DNA of 64,000 nt from an uncultured Verrucomicrobiae bacterium (lineage in GTDB: Bacteria; Verrucomicrobiota; Verrucomicrobiia; Chthoniobacterales; JAFAMB01). The stretch covers positions 1,280,001 to 1,344,000 of the forward strand of contig CAVXLD010000001.1 in assembly GCA_963762565.1 (NCBI GenBank), read 5' to 3'. Positions 47,026-57,382 of this stretch are shown here, piece after piece. Both the position numbers and the translations under genes were made by a program. The first letter of the stretch is position 1; every line of letters begins with the position of its first letter. Below the pieces are notes generated by a model that ran no database searches, was not told where the DNA came from, and saw nothing but the letters and a program-made list of their open reading frames with translations.

Positions 47026-48013
47026 CCGCGAGCAACGCATCCAGACTCTTCCGATGCGGTGTCGGCATAGGAAGACCGGCAAGATCTTTGATCGGGTGAT
47101 AACAGTTATCAGGCGCTAACACGACTGGGGCCGGTCCAGAGAAAACCTGCAGGTGAATGAGGAATCGGGTTACCGAGTGCCGCATCTGAAAGACCGGGAT
47201 TTCGTCGCTTTCCACCTCATCGGCCAACGGCAATGTCCACATCCCTTTCCATCGGGGACCGGCACATTTTCTAAGCAGGACATGATCTCCACGACGAATC
47301 CACCTATAGTTTTCTTGCCTAGGCACTACTTCGGCCTTGGCGCTCTTGCGAGGAATTCTCTCTGGACTCTGAGCCCGGCAATGCGTCCGAACCGGGCAAC
47401 TTTCACAGGCTGGAGCCCGCGAAGTACAGATCAGTGCTCCTAGCTCCATCAGCGCCGAGTTGAATGTCCCGGGTTCCGGACCCGTAACCAACCGCTCGGC
47501 CAGTTCCCAGAGAGTGCTTTTGCCGGGTTCGCGGTCGATAGGGATGACAAGGTCGATCAGACGAGCCAAAACCCGGCTTACATTCCCATCCAGGATAGGA
47601 GCCGGCAGATTAAAAGCGAAACTGGCAACTGCGCCCGCCGTGTAACGGCCGATACCCGGCAATTTCAGGAGAGCATTTACATTACGAGGCAGTTCGCCGC
47701 CGCAGTGCTCCACAACCCAGCGAGCGCACTTGTGCAGGTGCCGGGCACGGGAATAGTATCCCAGTCCTTGCCATGCACGAAGCACATCGGTTTCGTCAGC
47801 ATGCGCCAGTGACTCCAGAGTTGGAAACAATTCAAACCAGCGATCGTAGTACGGAAGGACTGTAACCACCTGGGTCTGCTGCAGCATCATTTCTGACACC
47901 AGAATTCGATAGGGGTCTGTGGTCGTTCTCCACGGGAGGCGCCTGCCATTAAGCCGATACCAAGCTATCAAGGACGCCCGAAACCGCGTGCTTTGCAGCT
48001 CAACCTGATTCAT
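46967..48013 (-). CDS. mutY: A/G-specific adenine glycosylase
   Basis: LPWR, SEMMLQQTQV, GLGYYSRA, LPGIGRYTA, C-x6-C-x2-C-x5-C. Confidence 0.95.
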   Translation of the reverse strand: MNQVELQSTRFRASLIAWYRLNGRRLPWRTTTDPYRILVSEMMLQQTQVVTVLPYYDRWFELFPTLESLAHADETDVLRAWQGLGYYSRARHLHKCARWVVEHCGGELPRNVNALLKLPGIGRYTAGAVASFAFNLPAPILDGNVSRVLARLIDLVIPIDREPGKSTLWELAERLVTGPEPGTFNSALMELGALICTSRAPACESCPVRTHCRAQSPERIPRKSAKAEVVPRQENYRWIRRGDHVLLRKCAGPRWKGMWTLPLADEVESDEIPVFQMRHSVTRFLIHLQVFSGPAPVVLAPDNCYHPIKDLAGLPMPTPHRKSLDALLAEGETANGRKGEGATQAQRW

Positions 48014-48022
48014 GCTCAGCGG

Positions 48023-48934
48023 GTGACTTCGTTCACGTTACCTTTAAGCGCCACCCAAGCCGAGAAACTAAGAGAGCTATTGGCAGAGCAAGGCTTTGAG
48101 TTCATCAGCCGCCCATACATGCTCTTTTTCGCCAGCAAAGGCAAACTCTCCATCGCGGTGTACGAAAAGGGCCCGAAGGTTGTCGTTCAAGGAAAAGGAA
48201 CCGAGGATTTCGTTAAATTCGAGCTCGAGCCGAAGATCACAGGAGAGGCCCGGCTTGGGTACGAAGAGGTTTTGCAGCCTGCGATGTTCGAGCCCCACTT
48301 CGGGATCGACGAAAGCGGAAAAGGCGATTTCTTCGGTCCGTTGGTGATTGCCGGCGTCTTTGTTGATCGGTCGATCGCGCGGCAGCTACTTGATGCGGGA
48401 GTTATGGACAGCAAACGGATCTCGTCGGACCAAAGGATCATGCAGCTGGCCGAACTGATCCGCAGCACTCCTGTTATCAGCACTAACGTAGTCTTGATTG
48501 GCCCCGAAAAATACAACGAATTGTATGAGCGTTTTAACAATTTGAACGATCTGCTTGGCTGGGGTCATGCCAGGGTGATTGAAAACCTTTTAGGGGAACG
48601 ACCGGACTGCCCGCGGGCGCTATCTGATAAATTTGCGAACGAGCGTGTAGTTCAGCGCGCTTTGTTGTCCGCCGGGAGCAAGATCAACGTGGAACAACGT
48701 ACTAAGGCGGAGTCTGATATTGCGGTCGCGGGGGCTTCCATTCTGGCTAGGGAAAAGTTCGTCCGCTGGTTAGACCGGAAAGGTAAAGACCTCGGGATCA
48801 CTCTGCCAAAGGGAGTCTCTGCCGGGGTCAAAGCCGCTGCCAGAGCGATTGTGGCCAAACACGGAGAGGAAACTTTGCGCCAAGTCGCGAAGATGCATTT
48901 CCGGACTGCTGGGGAGGTGATTTCCACGCCGTGA
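48023..48934 (+). CDS. rnhC: Ribonuclease HIII
   Basis: N-terminal TBP-like domain; GIDESGKGDFFGP, DSK, ASILAR. Confidence 0.92.
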   Translation: MTSFTLPLSATQAEKLRELLAEQGFEFISRPYMLFFASKGKLSIAVYEKGPKVVVQGKGTEDFVKFELEPKITGEARLGYEEVLQPAMFEPHFGIDESGKGDFFGPLVIAGVFVDRSIARQLLDAGVMDSKRISSDQRIMQLAELIRSTPVISTNVVLIGPEKYNELYERFNNLNDLLGWGHARVIENLLGERPDCPRALSDKFANERVVQRALLSAGSKINVEQRTKAESDIAVAGASILAREKFVRWLDRKGKDLGITLPKGVSAGVKAAARAIVAKHGEETLRQVAKMHFRTAGEVISTP

Positions 48935-49229
48935 AACCGGAGCGGTACAAAGTGCCCTACTTCCGACCTCGTGAAAGGCAAGACTCGTGCCAGATCGTCG
49001 CTGATTGCCCACCGCAAACCGCGTCGGTCCCCTTAAATACAAGGGTTTCCAGCGTCTTTGAGTTCTCCAAATCATAGGGATGAAATGCGATAATCCCTTG
49101 CCTCACCCCCGTTCTTGTAGCTACTTTGACTTAATTCAGTCCCGAAGTTAACGGAGTTGAGCCTCCGGGACTGACGGTTGCTAGGCGACCGCTAATGCCA
49201 GGATAGACGAACGATCGAAAGGAGTTCAA

Positions 49230-49565
49230 ATGCCAAACCTAACGAAGCGGGAGATCGTTGTAAGAATCAGTAACGATACAGGCTTAGTCCAACATCAGGT
49301 CTTCGACGTCGTCCAACGGACGCTAGACCTGATCACAGACAGCCTGGCCCGAGGCGAGGATGTAGAGTTAAGAAACTTCGGTATATTCGAAGTACGACTG
49401 ACGAAGGAGCGGGTTGGAAGAAACCCGAATCAGCCAGGAAGTAGCTTCAAGATCCCCCCTCGTGCGACGGTCAAGTTTAAAGCGGGAAAAGTAATGCGGC
49501 AGAAAGTCGCTAAATTGTCACCCGCTCTTCGCCAGGCCGAAGCCTTGAAGGGTGCACCCGTGTAG
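49230..49565 (+). CDS. HU/IHF family DNA-binding protein
   Basis: VELRNFGIF, GRNP, VKFKAGK; SD AAAGGAG. Confidence 0.92.
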   Translation: MPNLTKREIVVRISNDTGLVQHQVFDVVQRTLDLITDSLARGEDVELRNFGIFEVRLTKERVGRNPNQPGSSFKIPPRATVKFKAGKVMRQKVAKLSPALRQAEALKGAPV

Positions 49566-49625
49566 CCACGTCAGGTTTACCTGATAAAGTGGCTCGCTCC
49601 TGTAGCTGAAGGCCCCCCGCCCTCT

Positions 49626-50042
49626 TTAGCTATCCTGGCCGGAGCTGTTGCAAGCGTCCCACTGCTTAAGCAGGGTTTCTATAGCTGGTGACACGGTTGG
49701 CTGCTTTTCGGGGCGTAGATGGAACTGAGATAGACTTCGGTCAACCCGCGGTTTCTTGCTTCTTCCCTTTTTTTCGCGAAGCTGCTCGGCTTTCATTTCA
49801 TGACGAGTCTTATTCTGGGCCTGAGCTTCTAACTCTTCCACCAACAAGCGCCGGGCAAAGAATCGATTCAAAGCCTGGCTTCTCTCCCGGTTGCAGCGCA
49901 CCCTGATACCAGTCGGCCGATGGAGGATTGTGATAGAGGTTCCGCGGAAACTCTCTTCGAGGTCCCTTTCGTGGCAACCCAAGGCATCCATCTTGCTCTG
50001 CAACGCCCTGGCTTTTCGTTCTGAGACGGGAAAAACAATCAC
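49626..50042 (-). CDS. Peptide chain release factor-like (RF-1 domain) protein lacking the GGQ loop
   Basis: DLEESF, LHRPTGIRVRC, ERSQALNRFFARR and basic tail present; SGxGGQxVNK segment absent. Confidence 0.75.
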   Translation of the reverse strand: MIVFPVSERKARALQSKMDALGCHERDLEESFRGTSITILHRPTGIRVRCNRERSQALNRFFARRLLVEELEAQAQNKTRHEMKAEQLREKKGRSKKPRVDRSLSQFHLRPEKQPTVSPAIETLLKQWDACNSSGQDS

Positions 50043-50179
50043 CAGCTAATCCCTTACCCTGAGCGCGACCATACAAATAGCAAGTTAGATTGAGAGTATA
50101 AGTTGAGACCTTTCCGTATCAATATCGTTAAAATCCTGTGATGGTGTTTGCGCCATTCTAGACTAAGATTAACGCCGCC

Positions 50180-51670
50180 ATGTCTTCTGAACTTCTCACC
50201 ACGAATCGTAAGGCCCTGACCATTAATCTGGCTGAGTCTAAATATGGGACGTTCGCCGAAATCGGAGCTGGACAGGAGGTTGCACGCCATTTTTTCCAGG
50301 CGGGGGGAGCCGCCGGCACAGTGGCGAAATCGATCTCCGCGTATGACATGAAATTCAGCGACGCGATCTATGGCAAGTCCGCTCGCTATGTTTCCCGGGA
50401 ACGACTCGGCTTGATGCTAGAGCACGAGTATGAGTTACTGCTGGAACGCCTCAAAGCCCTGCGGGGCGATCAAACGGAGTTTTTTGTTTTTGGCGACACG
50501 GTGGCGGCCAGAAATTTCAAGGGCACGAACGAATGCCATGGATGGCTGGGAATCCGGTTTCAGGGGCAGCCCAATTCGGAGCCGAGCGATATCGTGATGC
50601 ACGTTCGGATGTGGGACAAAGAAAATCTCCTGCAACAACAGGCCTTGGGCATCATCGGCGTCAATCTGATTTATGGCGCTTTTTTTTATCTAACCGATCA
50701 AGACAAATTTATTCAATCCCTGGCTGATAACCTTACCGTGGATCGGATTGAAGTCGATATGATCACCTTCAGCGGCCCGCTGTTTGTGAATGTCGACAAT
50801 CGGTTAATGAGCCTGAAGCTGGTTGAGTATGGGCTCACCAATGCGGTGTTGTTCAACCCCGATGGCGCGGTGATGCAACCATCCGAAGTACTGCACAAGA
50901 AAACGATCGTCGTCGAAAGAGGCAGTTTCCGCCCAGTTACCCTGGTGAACGACGATATGCTCAAATGCGCGCTAGCTCAGTTTTTGCAGGAACCCGCTGT
51001 GGTGGGTAGAGAAACCGTGGTCTTGATGGAGCTGACGATGCATAATTTGCTGGCCTCAGGCAATCTTGACCACGAAGACTTCCTGGCGAGAGTAGATACT
51101 CTCGCCGGCATCGGATACAATGTTCTGATCTCGGGTTATTTTGAGTTTTTCCGGCTTACTTCCTACTTGCGCCGTTATACGAAGGAAATGGTTGGGGTTG
51201 TAATGGGCATAAATAACCTGCTGGAGATCTTTAATGAGAAGTACTACGACAGCCTCGATGGCGGCATTCTGGAAGCGGTGGGCCGTCTCTTTAAAGGGTC
51301 GACCAAGCTCTATGCTTACCCCATGAGAAAGAGCGCCTACGACCGTTATTGCCTAAAGGCTGATTGTCCCGTGCCGGATTCCAAGGCTCTGGCACTGCCT
51401 ACAGATGTCTGGATCAATGCGACCAATCTACAGGTCGCGCTTAATCTCAGGAATCTTTACGCTCATCTTATGGAGAACCGTTATATTGCTCCTATCGTCG
51501 GCTTCGATCCCTCGATTATGGACATTTTCTCGCGTGACGTCCTGGCTAAGATTCAAAACGGCGGGAGTGGCTGGGAGAGCGCTGTACCAGCAAAAGTAGC
51601 GGCTCTAATTAAGGAGCGGCATCTATTCGGCTACCAAAAATCGTCCGCGCGCGAGCTCCATCCGGTTTAA
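50180..51670 (+). CDS. Conserved nucleotidyltransferase-like protein of uncertain function
   Basis: YGTFAEIGAGQEVAR, ERGSFRPVT, C-terminal FSRDV...WE..VP..VA..IK...LFGY resembling NadD folds. Confidence 0.7.
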   Translation: MSSELLTTNRKALTINLAESKYGTFAEIGAGQEVARHFFQAGGAAGTVAKSISAYDMKFSDAIYGKSARYVSRERLGLMLEHEYELLLERLKALRGDQTEFFVFGDTVAARNFKGTNECHGWLGIRFQGQPNSEPSDIVMHVRMWDKENLLQQQALGIIGVNLIYGAFFYLTDQDKFIQSLADNLTVDRIEVDMITFSGPLFVNVDNRLMSLKLVEYGLTNAVLFNPDGAVMQPSEVLHKKTIVVERGSFRPVTLVNDDMLKCALAQFLQEPAVVGRETVVLMELTMHNLLASGNLDHEDFLARVDTLAGIGYNVLISGYFEFFRLTSYLRRYTKEMVGVVMGINNLLEIFNEKYYDSLDGGILEAVGRLFKGSTKLYAYPMRKSAYDRYCLKADCPVPDSKALALPTDVWINATNLQVALNLRNLYAHLMENRYIAPIVGFDPSIMDIFSRDVLAKIQNGGSGWESAVPAKVAALIKERHLFGYQKSSARELHPV

Positions 51671-51799
51671 TCCAGAGATGGAGCATCAGTAAGAAGAGGT
51701 GGATAATTCTTTAGGAAGTTACAGGTTGAAATCAGTCTTGCTCCGATTGGTCAATCATCATTTCCTAAGTCGTAGCCAGGTAGTCCGACTACGCTTTAG

Positions 51800-52531
51800 T
51801 TGATGAACCCCCTAGAACAACGCATCGGATATAAGTTCCGAAACTCGCTGCTTTTGGCCGAAGCGCTCACTCACCCGAGCCTCGGCCATGAAACACAGCG
51901 ACATCATTTCGATAATCAAAGGCTGGAGTTTCTCGGTGATGCAGTGCTCCAATTGATCTTTACCGAGCATCTCTTCCGACTATTCCCGCATTTTAGCGAG
52001 GGACAGCTTACCAAGCTGCGGTCGCGTCTCGTCTCGCGCGAAGGTCTTAAGGTTCACGCCTTGAGTATCGGCTTGGGCACTTATTTGATGATGGGTCGAG
52101 GAGAAGAGGCCAGTGGCGGCCGGGAAAGAGCCTCGATCCTGGCGGACGCCTTCGAAGCGCTAGTGGGTGCAATGTACCTCGATAGCAACCTCGAGGTCGT
52201 ACGGCGTTTTATACTTGAGGAAGCACACGAAGACATCCAACGCCTGGCTTTACAGCCTTTAGAAGTGAATCCTAAAGGCCAGCTGCAAGAGATTCTACAA
52301 GCGATCTCGGCTAAAAGCCCGGTCTATGAGATTATTTCGCAAACCGGACCCGAACATCAAAAACTGTTTATCGCTAAAGTGATTTGGGACAACGCCGAGC
52401 TCGGTTCCGGCGAGGGTTCAAGTAAGAAGCAGGCCGAAACGGCTGCCGCCCTGGCCGCTCTGCGATCGCGGCTCTGGGAAAAGGACTCTTCCGCCGCTGC
52501 TACCCCAGAAACGGAATCGGCCGGTTCGTAG
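51800..52531 (+). CDS. rnc: Ribonuclease III
   Basis: NQRLEFLGDAVL, ADAFEALVGAMYLD, dsRBD. Confidence 0.96.
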   Translation: MMNPLEQRIGYKFRNSLLLAEALTHPSLGHETQRHHFDNQRLEFLGDAVLQLIFTEHLFRLFPHFSEGQLTKLRSRLVSREGLKVHALSIGLGTYLMMGRGEEASGGRERASILADAFEALVGAMYLDSNLEVVRRFILEEAHEDIQRLALQPLEVNPKGQLQEILQAISAKSPVYEIISQTGPEHQKLFIAKVIWDNAELGSGEGSSKKQAETAAALAALRSRLWEKDSSAAATPETESAGS

Positions 52532-53615
52532 AGCGTAGATACACCAGGCCGACTCCAAGCAGGAAGAACACAACTGGCGGTGTCCAAGCGGCTACCAGCG
52601 GGGAAACTCGTGAACCTGCTCCTAACGCGGCAAAAATTTGTCCCGCGCCGAAAAGCGCTAGAAACAGAAACAAGCCTGCTGCCACACCCCCAAGCGCGCC
52701 GCGCCGGGAGAAAATGACACAAAGCGGGCTGGCGATTAGCACTACCACCAGAACATTAACCGGCACAGCAAAACGGTCCCAAAACTGGGTCCGATATTCA
52801 GCCAGTACGCTGCTAGGAAAATCCGAGTTGACCCTTAAGTAGTGCTGAAGCTCAGGCACTGTCATCATCCGGCCGTTGAGCGCTGAGCTACCTAATTGCC
52901 AGATCGTTTCTGACCAATCTGGTTCTTCTTTTTTGTCGAAGAATTCTTCGTCCGTAACATTCCCGTCTGCATCTACATATGAGATCTTGCCGTCGTACAA
53001 GATCCACTTGTTTCCATGATGAATGGCGGATGCTGCGTACGCGACCCACTGGATAACCTCGTTGTCGTCCTGCTGGGTGATTTCCAAGCCTTTGACCTCG
53101 CTCGTTTTGGTATTGAGCAACTGGATAAACCAGATTCGATGCTGTCTCCGATTAACGTAAACGTGGCCATCCAGATACGTGACCTTAGAATGTCCCTTGG
53201 AAACTTCGTCCATCCGGTTGTTCATCACGTAGTACCCCGTAGGCGCCAACTCGTAATTCAGATATCCGCAGACGCAGCTGAGAACCAATCCAAAGACGAT
53301 TAAGGGCATTAGCACTCTGGGCACACTTCTCCCGGCGCCCAGCATGGCCACGATCTCGTTTCGGCGCGACATCCTGGTCAGGACGTAGAGCAGACCCAGT
53401 AGGACTGCGAGCGGCATCCAGAGGACCAGCATGTACGGCACCTGCTGCAGGTAGTACAGTAGGATGACCCGGAACGAGAGGTGCAGTTCCGCAAACCTTG
53501 GGCCCTCGACGCCAAGCTGGTAGACCAACCAAATGCCCAAGATCCCGAAGATCGCGTAGAAAAAGAACAATAAAAAGTTCTTGAGCAAATAGCGATCTAA
53601 GAGTCCGAACAACAC
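52500..53615 (-). CDS. LptF/LptG family LPS export permease
   Basis: LDRYLLK, RRNEIVAMLGAGRS, AAWTP; 3+3 TM with periplasmic domain. Confidence 0.88.
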   Translation of the reverse strand: MLFGLLDRYLLKNFLLFFFYAIFGILGIWLVYQLGVEGPRFAELHLSFRVILLYYLQQVPYMLVLWMPLAVLLGLLYVLTRMSRRNEIVAMLGAGRSVPRVLMPLIVFGLVLSCVCGYLNYELAPTGYYVMNNRMDEVSKGHSKVTYLDGHVYVNRRQHRIWFIQLLNTKTSEVKGLEITQQDDNEVIQWVAYAASAIHHGNKWILYDGKISYVDADGNVTDEEFFDKKEEPDWSETIWQLGSSALNGRMMTVPELQHYLRVNSDFPSSVLAEYRTQFWDRFAVPVNVLVVVLIASPLCVIFSRRGALGGVAAGLFLFLALFGAGQIFAALGAGSRVSPLVAAWTPPVVFFLLGVGLVYLRSTNRPIPFLG

Positions 53616-53627
53616 GGGGGTAAAATA

Positions 53628-53893
53628 GGAAGGAGTTGAAGGAGTTCAAGGAGTTGGTAGGGCGAGGCTCCCGAACGACCTAAACCGGTTAGCGGGGATA
53701 CTGATGCCCTATTTTCTAAACGCGTAGTTACTACTGGTGACCCGCCGAGCCGTGTCCTGCGCGACCCACGGCTCGGCGGGCCGCTCGACATAGCGTCGCG
53801 AGATTCTGGAGCGGGAGCCCGGGCTTCGCGCCCTGTTCAAGGTTCTTCAGGAGCCTCGCCCTACCGAACTCCTTGAACTTCCCGAACTCCTTG
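53628..53893. repeat. Family-1 palindrome (53656-53865) with inverted AAGGAGTTS nonamer arms
   Basis: Closely related over its whole length to 60822-61077. Confidence 0.9.
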
Positions 53894-53912
53894 CTGATTA
53901 TGCCCGGGGGAT

Positions 53913-54671
53913 ATGCTTGCTAAACGAATCATTCCTTGTCTCGATGTGACCGAGGGCCGCGTCGTGAAAGGCACGAAATTTGTACAACTCCGGGATGCTG
54001 GTGATCCGGTGGAATGTGCAAAAGAGTACAATCGGCAAGGCGCTGACGAGCTGGTTTTTCTCGATATCACTGCCAGTTCTGATCATCGGAGAACAATGAT
54101 CGATGTGGTGGAACGCACAGCCGAACAATGTTTTATGCCGCTTACCGTCGGGGGCGGCATTCGGAGTCTGATCGATGTCCGCGATATGTTGTTGGCGGGA
54201 GCAGACAAGGTGAGCATGAACACGGCAGCGATCCAACGGCCCACGCTGATCAGTGAAGCGGCTGAAGCGTTTGGTGTTCAATGTATTGTGGTGGCGATCG
54301 ACGCCAAGAAAGAGCCCACAGGCGGTTGGAGGGTTTATACTCATGGCGGCCGCAAACCGACCGAGCTTGACGCGATCGAATGGGCCTTAACTGCGTCAAG
54401 GCTTGGCGCAGGGGAAATATTACTTACGAGTATGGATGCAGACGGGACTAAAGATGGTTACGATCTGGCGCTGACCGCAGCGGTCAGCTCAGCAGTCACG
54501 ATTCCCGTCATCGCCAGCGGGGGCGCGGGTAGTTTGGAACATTTGGAGAAAGTACTTCGCGAGGGACACGCGGACGCCGTGCTGGCCGCCAGCATATTTC
54601 ATTTTGGCGAGTATTCCGTAGCGGACGCCAAACGGTTTCTTTCCGAACATGGAATTCATGTACGGCTGTGA
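53913..54671 (+). CDS. hisF: Imidazole glycerol phosphate synthase cyclase subunit
   Basis: [33 protein letters not shown]. Confidence 0.97.
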   Translation: MLAKRIIPCLDVTEGRVVKGTKFVQLRDAGDPVECAKEYNRQGADELVFLDITASSDHRRTMIDVVERTAEQCFMPLTVGGGIRSLIDVRDMLLAGADKVSMNTAAIQRPTLISEAAEAFGVQCIVVAIDAKKEPTGGWRVYTHGGRKPTELDAIEWALTASRLGAGEILLTSMDADGTKDGYDLALTAAVSSAVTIPVIASGGAGSLEHLEKVLREGHADAVLAASIFHFGEYSVADAKRFLSEHGIHVRL

Positions 54672-54679
54672 AAGAAGTT

Positions 54680-54911
54680 CGGTAGGGCGAAAACCTCGGC
54701 GCGCCGAGGACGCGACCATTACTCTTGGGCGGATCGCGCCGGGTTTGAGCCGCGCCGTGCGGCTAAGCTCATCCGAGATCGCCCTGAACCTGGATGCTTG
54801 GTTCGCGTCCGTCGAGGGAGAACGCCACACATCGGGTCGCGGCTCAAACCCGGCGCGGGAAGATCAAGTTAGAAACAATGCGCTCGGCGCGCCGAGGTTT
54901 TCGCCCAACCG
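54680..54911. repeat. GTAG-type REPIN-like palindrome (232 bp)
   Basis: CGGTAGGGCGAAAACCTCGGCGCGCCGAG / CTCGGCGCGCCGAGGTTTTCGCCCAACCG; inner GCCGGGTTTGAGCCGCG stem. Confidence 0.85.
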
Positions 54912-54914
54912 CCC

Positions 54915-56606
54915 TTGAACTACCTCTGGGACCTTACCGCAGCCGCTGATCGCAGCGACCTGGCTGCACTCGCGGCGGAACTTCGGCTACCGATTTCGAT
55001 TCTTCGGCTCTTGAGTCGCAGAGGATTTCAAGATGCCGAGGCGATTCGCAGTTTTCTATGGCCACGGCTTCGTGAACTGTCTGACCCCTTTCTCCTGGCA
55101 GGCATGAAGGCGGCCGTCGAGCGTATCTTTCAGGCGGTTGATCGACAGGAACGGATCGTTCTATACGGAGATTACGACGTTGACGGGATCACTTCGCTAA
55201 CCTTGCTCGCCCGCGTGTTGCAAGCCTATGGAGCCAGTCCTGCTTTATTTCTGCCGATGCGGGTTGAGGAAGGGTATGGCTTGACGGCAGACGGTGTTTC
55301 CCGGTGTCTTCAAGCGCATCACCCTCAATTGCTGATTGCGTTGGATTGCGGCACCTCATCGGCTGAGCGCATCACGGAGATTGAAGCGACTGGAATCGAC
55401 GTCGTGGTAATCGATCACCACGAGGTTCAACATGCCCCGCCTAAATGCCACGCCTTCATCAATCCGAAGACTGGGACCGACCACAGATATTTCTGTACGG
55501 TGGGGTTGGTATTCAAGTTATGCCACGCCCTACTCAAAGAGCGACGAATCCCCGATCTCGATTTGAAACAGTACCTCGATCTCGTTGCCATCGGCACCAT
55601 TGCTGATCTGGTTCCGTTGGTCGCCGAAAATCGGCTCCTTGTCTATCATGGGTTGAAACAGCTCGAAACCACCCAGTGGGTTGGTGTTAAAACTTTGATG
55701 CGGGTCGCTGGAATCAACTTTCCGGTACGGCCGGACGATGTGGGGTTTCGCCTCGGGCCGCGACTAAACGCAGCCGGTCGTCTCGGCTTAGCGGAAGCTG
55801 CACTGAACTTACTCCTGACCTCCGACGATGACGTCGCAGCTTCTCTATCCGCCGAACTTGATCAACAAAATCGAGCTCGCCAGGAACTGGAACAACAGAC
55901 GTTCGATGCCGCTTGCCGGCTTCTGGAACAGGATCCGGATTTGGCGTCTCATTGCGCGATCGTGGTAGGTGAGGCCGGCTGGCATCCCGGGGTGGTCGGG
56001 ATTGTAGCGGCTCGTCTAGTTCGTCAGTATTATCGTCCGGCCTTGGTTATCGGATTTGACCAGGAAGGGGTCGGTAAAGGTAGCGGCCGCAGCATCCCTG
56101 GATTTTCATTGGTGCAAGCGCTAGACGGGTGCTGCGGTTCACTGACCCAGTACGGCGGCCACGAAATGGCGGCTGGGTTTTCACTACCTTTTGAGCAACT
56201 TGCTGTTTTTGCAGGCGCGTTCAGAGCGGTTGCCAAAAATACGCTCAGTGCGGAACAACTATTGCCCAGGCTGCAGATCGACGCGTTAGTTAACGGGAGC
56301 GAAATCAACTACGATTTCCTGGTCGCGCACGAACGGTTGCAACCTTTTGGGCTGGGGAACTGGCAGCCATTGTTGCTATTGCAACGAGGAGAACCAACCG
56401 GCGACATAAAAGTCTTGAAGGAAAAACATCGGGTCTTTGGGCTACGCCATAACGGTCGCCTGTTACGCGCCATCGAGTTTAATTTTAGTGAACCATTGCC
56501 GGCGCCGCCTTGGGACGTCGCGTTTTATCTGGAGCCCGCAGTTTATCGCGACCAGATTCAAATCCAGCTTAGAGTCGTAGCGATCAGGACATCAGGGCCG
56601 GGATAG
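54915..56606 (+). CDS. recJ: Single-stranded-DNA exonuclease RecJ
   Basis: GDYDVDG, DCG, DHH, GPRLNAAGR, GGHEMAAG. Confidence 0.95.
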   Translation: MNYLWDLTAAADRSDLAALAAELRLPISILRLLSRRGFQDAEAIRSFLWPRLRELSDPFLLAGMKAAVERIFQAVDRQERIVLYGDYDVDGITSLTLLARVLQAYGASPALFLPMRVEEGYGLTADGVSRCLQAHHPQLLIALDCGTSSAERITEIEATGIDVVVIDHHEVQHAPPKCHAFINPKTGTDHRYFCTVGLVFKLCHALLKERRIPDLDLKQYLDLVAIGTIADLVPLVAENRLLVYHGLKQLETTQWVGVKTLMRVAGINFPVRPDDVGFRLGPRLNAAGRLGLAEAALNLLLTSDDDVAASLSAELDQQNRARQELEQQTFDAACRLLEQDPDLASHCAIVVGEAGWHPGVVGIVAARLVRQYYRPALVIGFDQEGVGKGSGRSIPGFSLVQALDGCCGSLTQYGGHEMAAGFSLPFEQLAVFAGAFRAVAKNTLSAEQLLPRLQIDALVNGSEINYDFLVAHERLQPFGLGNWQPLLLLQRGEPTGDIKVLKEKHRVFGLRHNGRLLRAIEFNFSEPLPAPPWDVAFYLEPAVYRDQIQIQLRVVAIRTSGPG

Positions 56607-56766
56607 AGGCGGTTTTTCGTCCTCGTGCTCGATGAATCGACGCGCGTCCGCAGAATACGGATGGGATCCGCCTTCGCCAAGCCCACCGCGGGACAAGCTC
56701 GATAGGGCTAATGTGACTTATGGGTCATGTCGGTTCGCATTCATCGAGGACGAGGACGAAAACCGC

Positions 56767-57201
56767 CTACCGTGCCACACGAGACGACGGTTCTCGGTGC
56801 ATTTGCGCTCCGACAAACTCGACCAGTTGCTTTGGAAAGAACGGCTTCCTTAATAGCAGCTGTTTTTCGACCATCACCGCGGCACGAGGATCTGACTCAG
56901 ATAATGCCCCGGTTATAAACAAGACGGGCAGGCCGGGGGCGAGCTGATGAATCTTCTCTGCTAGTTCCAGGCCATCAACGGGCCCGGGCATAACGATGTC
57001 GGTAAGCACGAGCTCGATTTCGGATTGTCGCTGTTCCAAGATCTTCCAGGCATCCTCCACTGTGGCTGCAGTGATGACCCCATAGTTCGCCAGCTGCAGG
57101 ACGCGCTCGATGTACTGCAAAATAAACGGTTCGTCATCAGCCACCAGGATGAGTGGTTGGTTCAGATTGCGAGCGAAACCGGGTTGGACTGCACGTGCCA
57201 T
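56767..57201 (-). CDS. Single-domain response regulator
   Basis: ILVADDE, LTDIVMPG, ITG, KPF. Confidence 0.88.
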   Translation of the reverse strand: MARAVQPGFARNLNQPLILVADDEPFILQYIERVLQLANYGVITAATVEDAWKILEQRQSEIELVLTDIVMPGPVDGLELAEKIHQLAPGLPVLFITGALSESDPRAAVMVEKQLLLRKPFFPKQLVEFVGAQMHREPSSRVAR

Positions 57202-57382
57202 GATTTCAAGAACTCTGCTCTCTTATATTTTTCGCGAATAATTGTGGAAAATATAGCATTTTCTTGTGGTTAGTTTGCACTCTCGGTGGCGACAAAGTCC
57301 GACATCACGGACAAAGGAAAACGCCAGGAGCGCCGAGATCGCCGTGAACGCCAAGGGCAGAGCCGATGGCGGAGTTGAGTCT

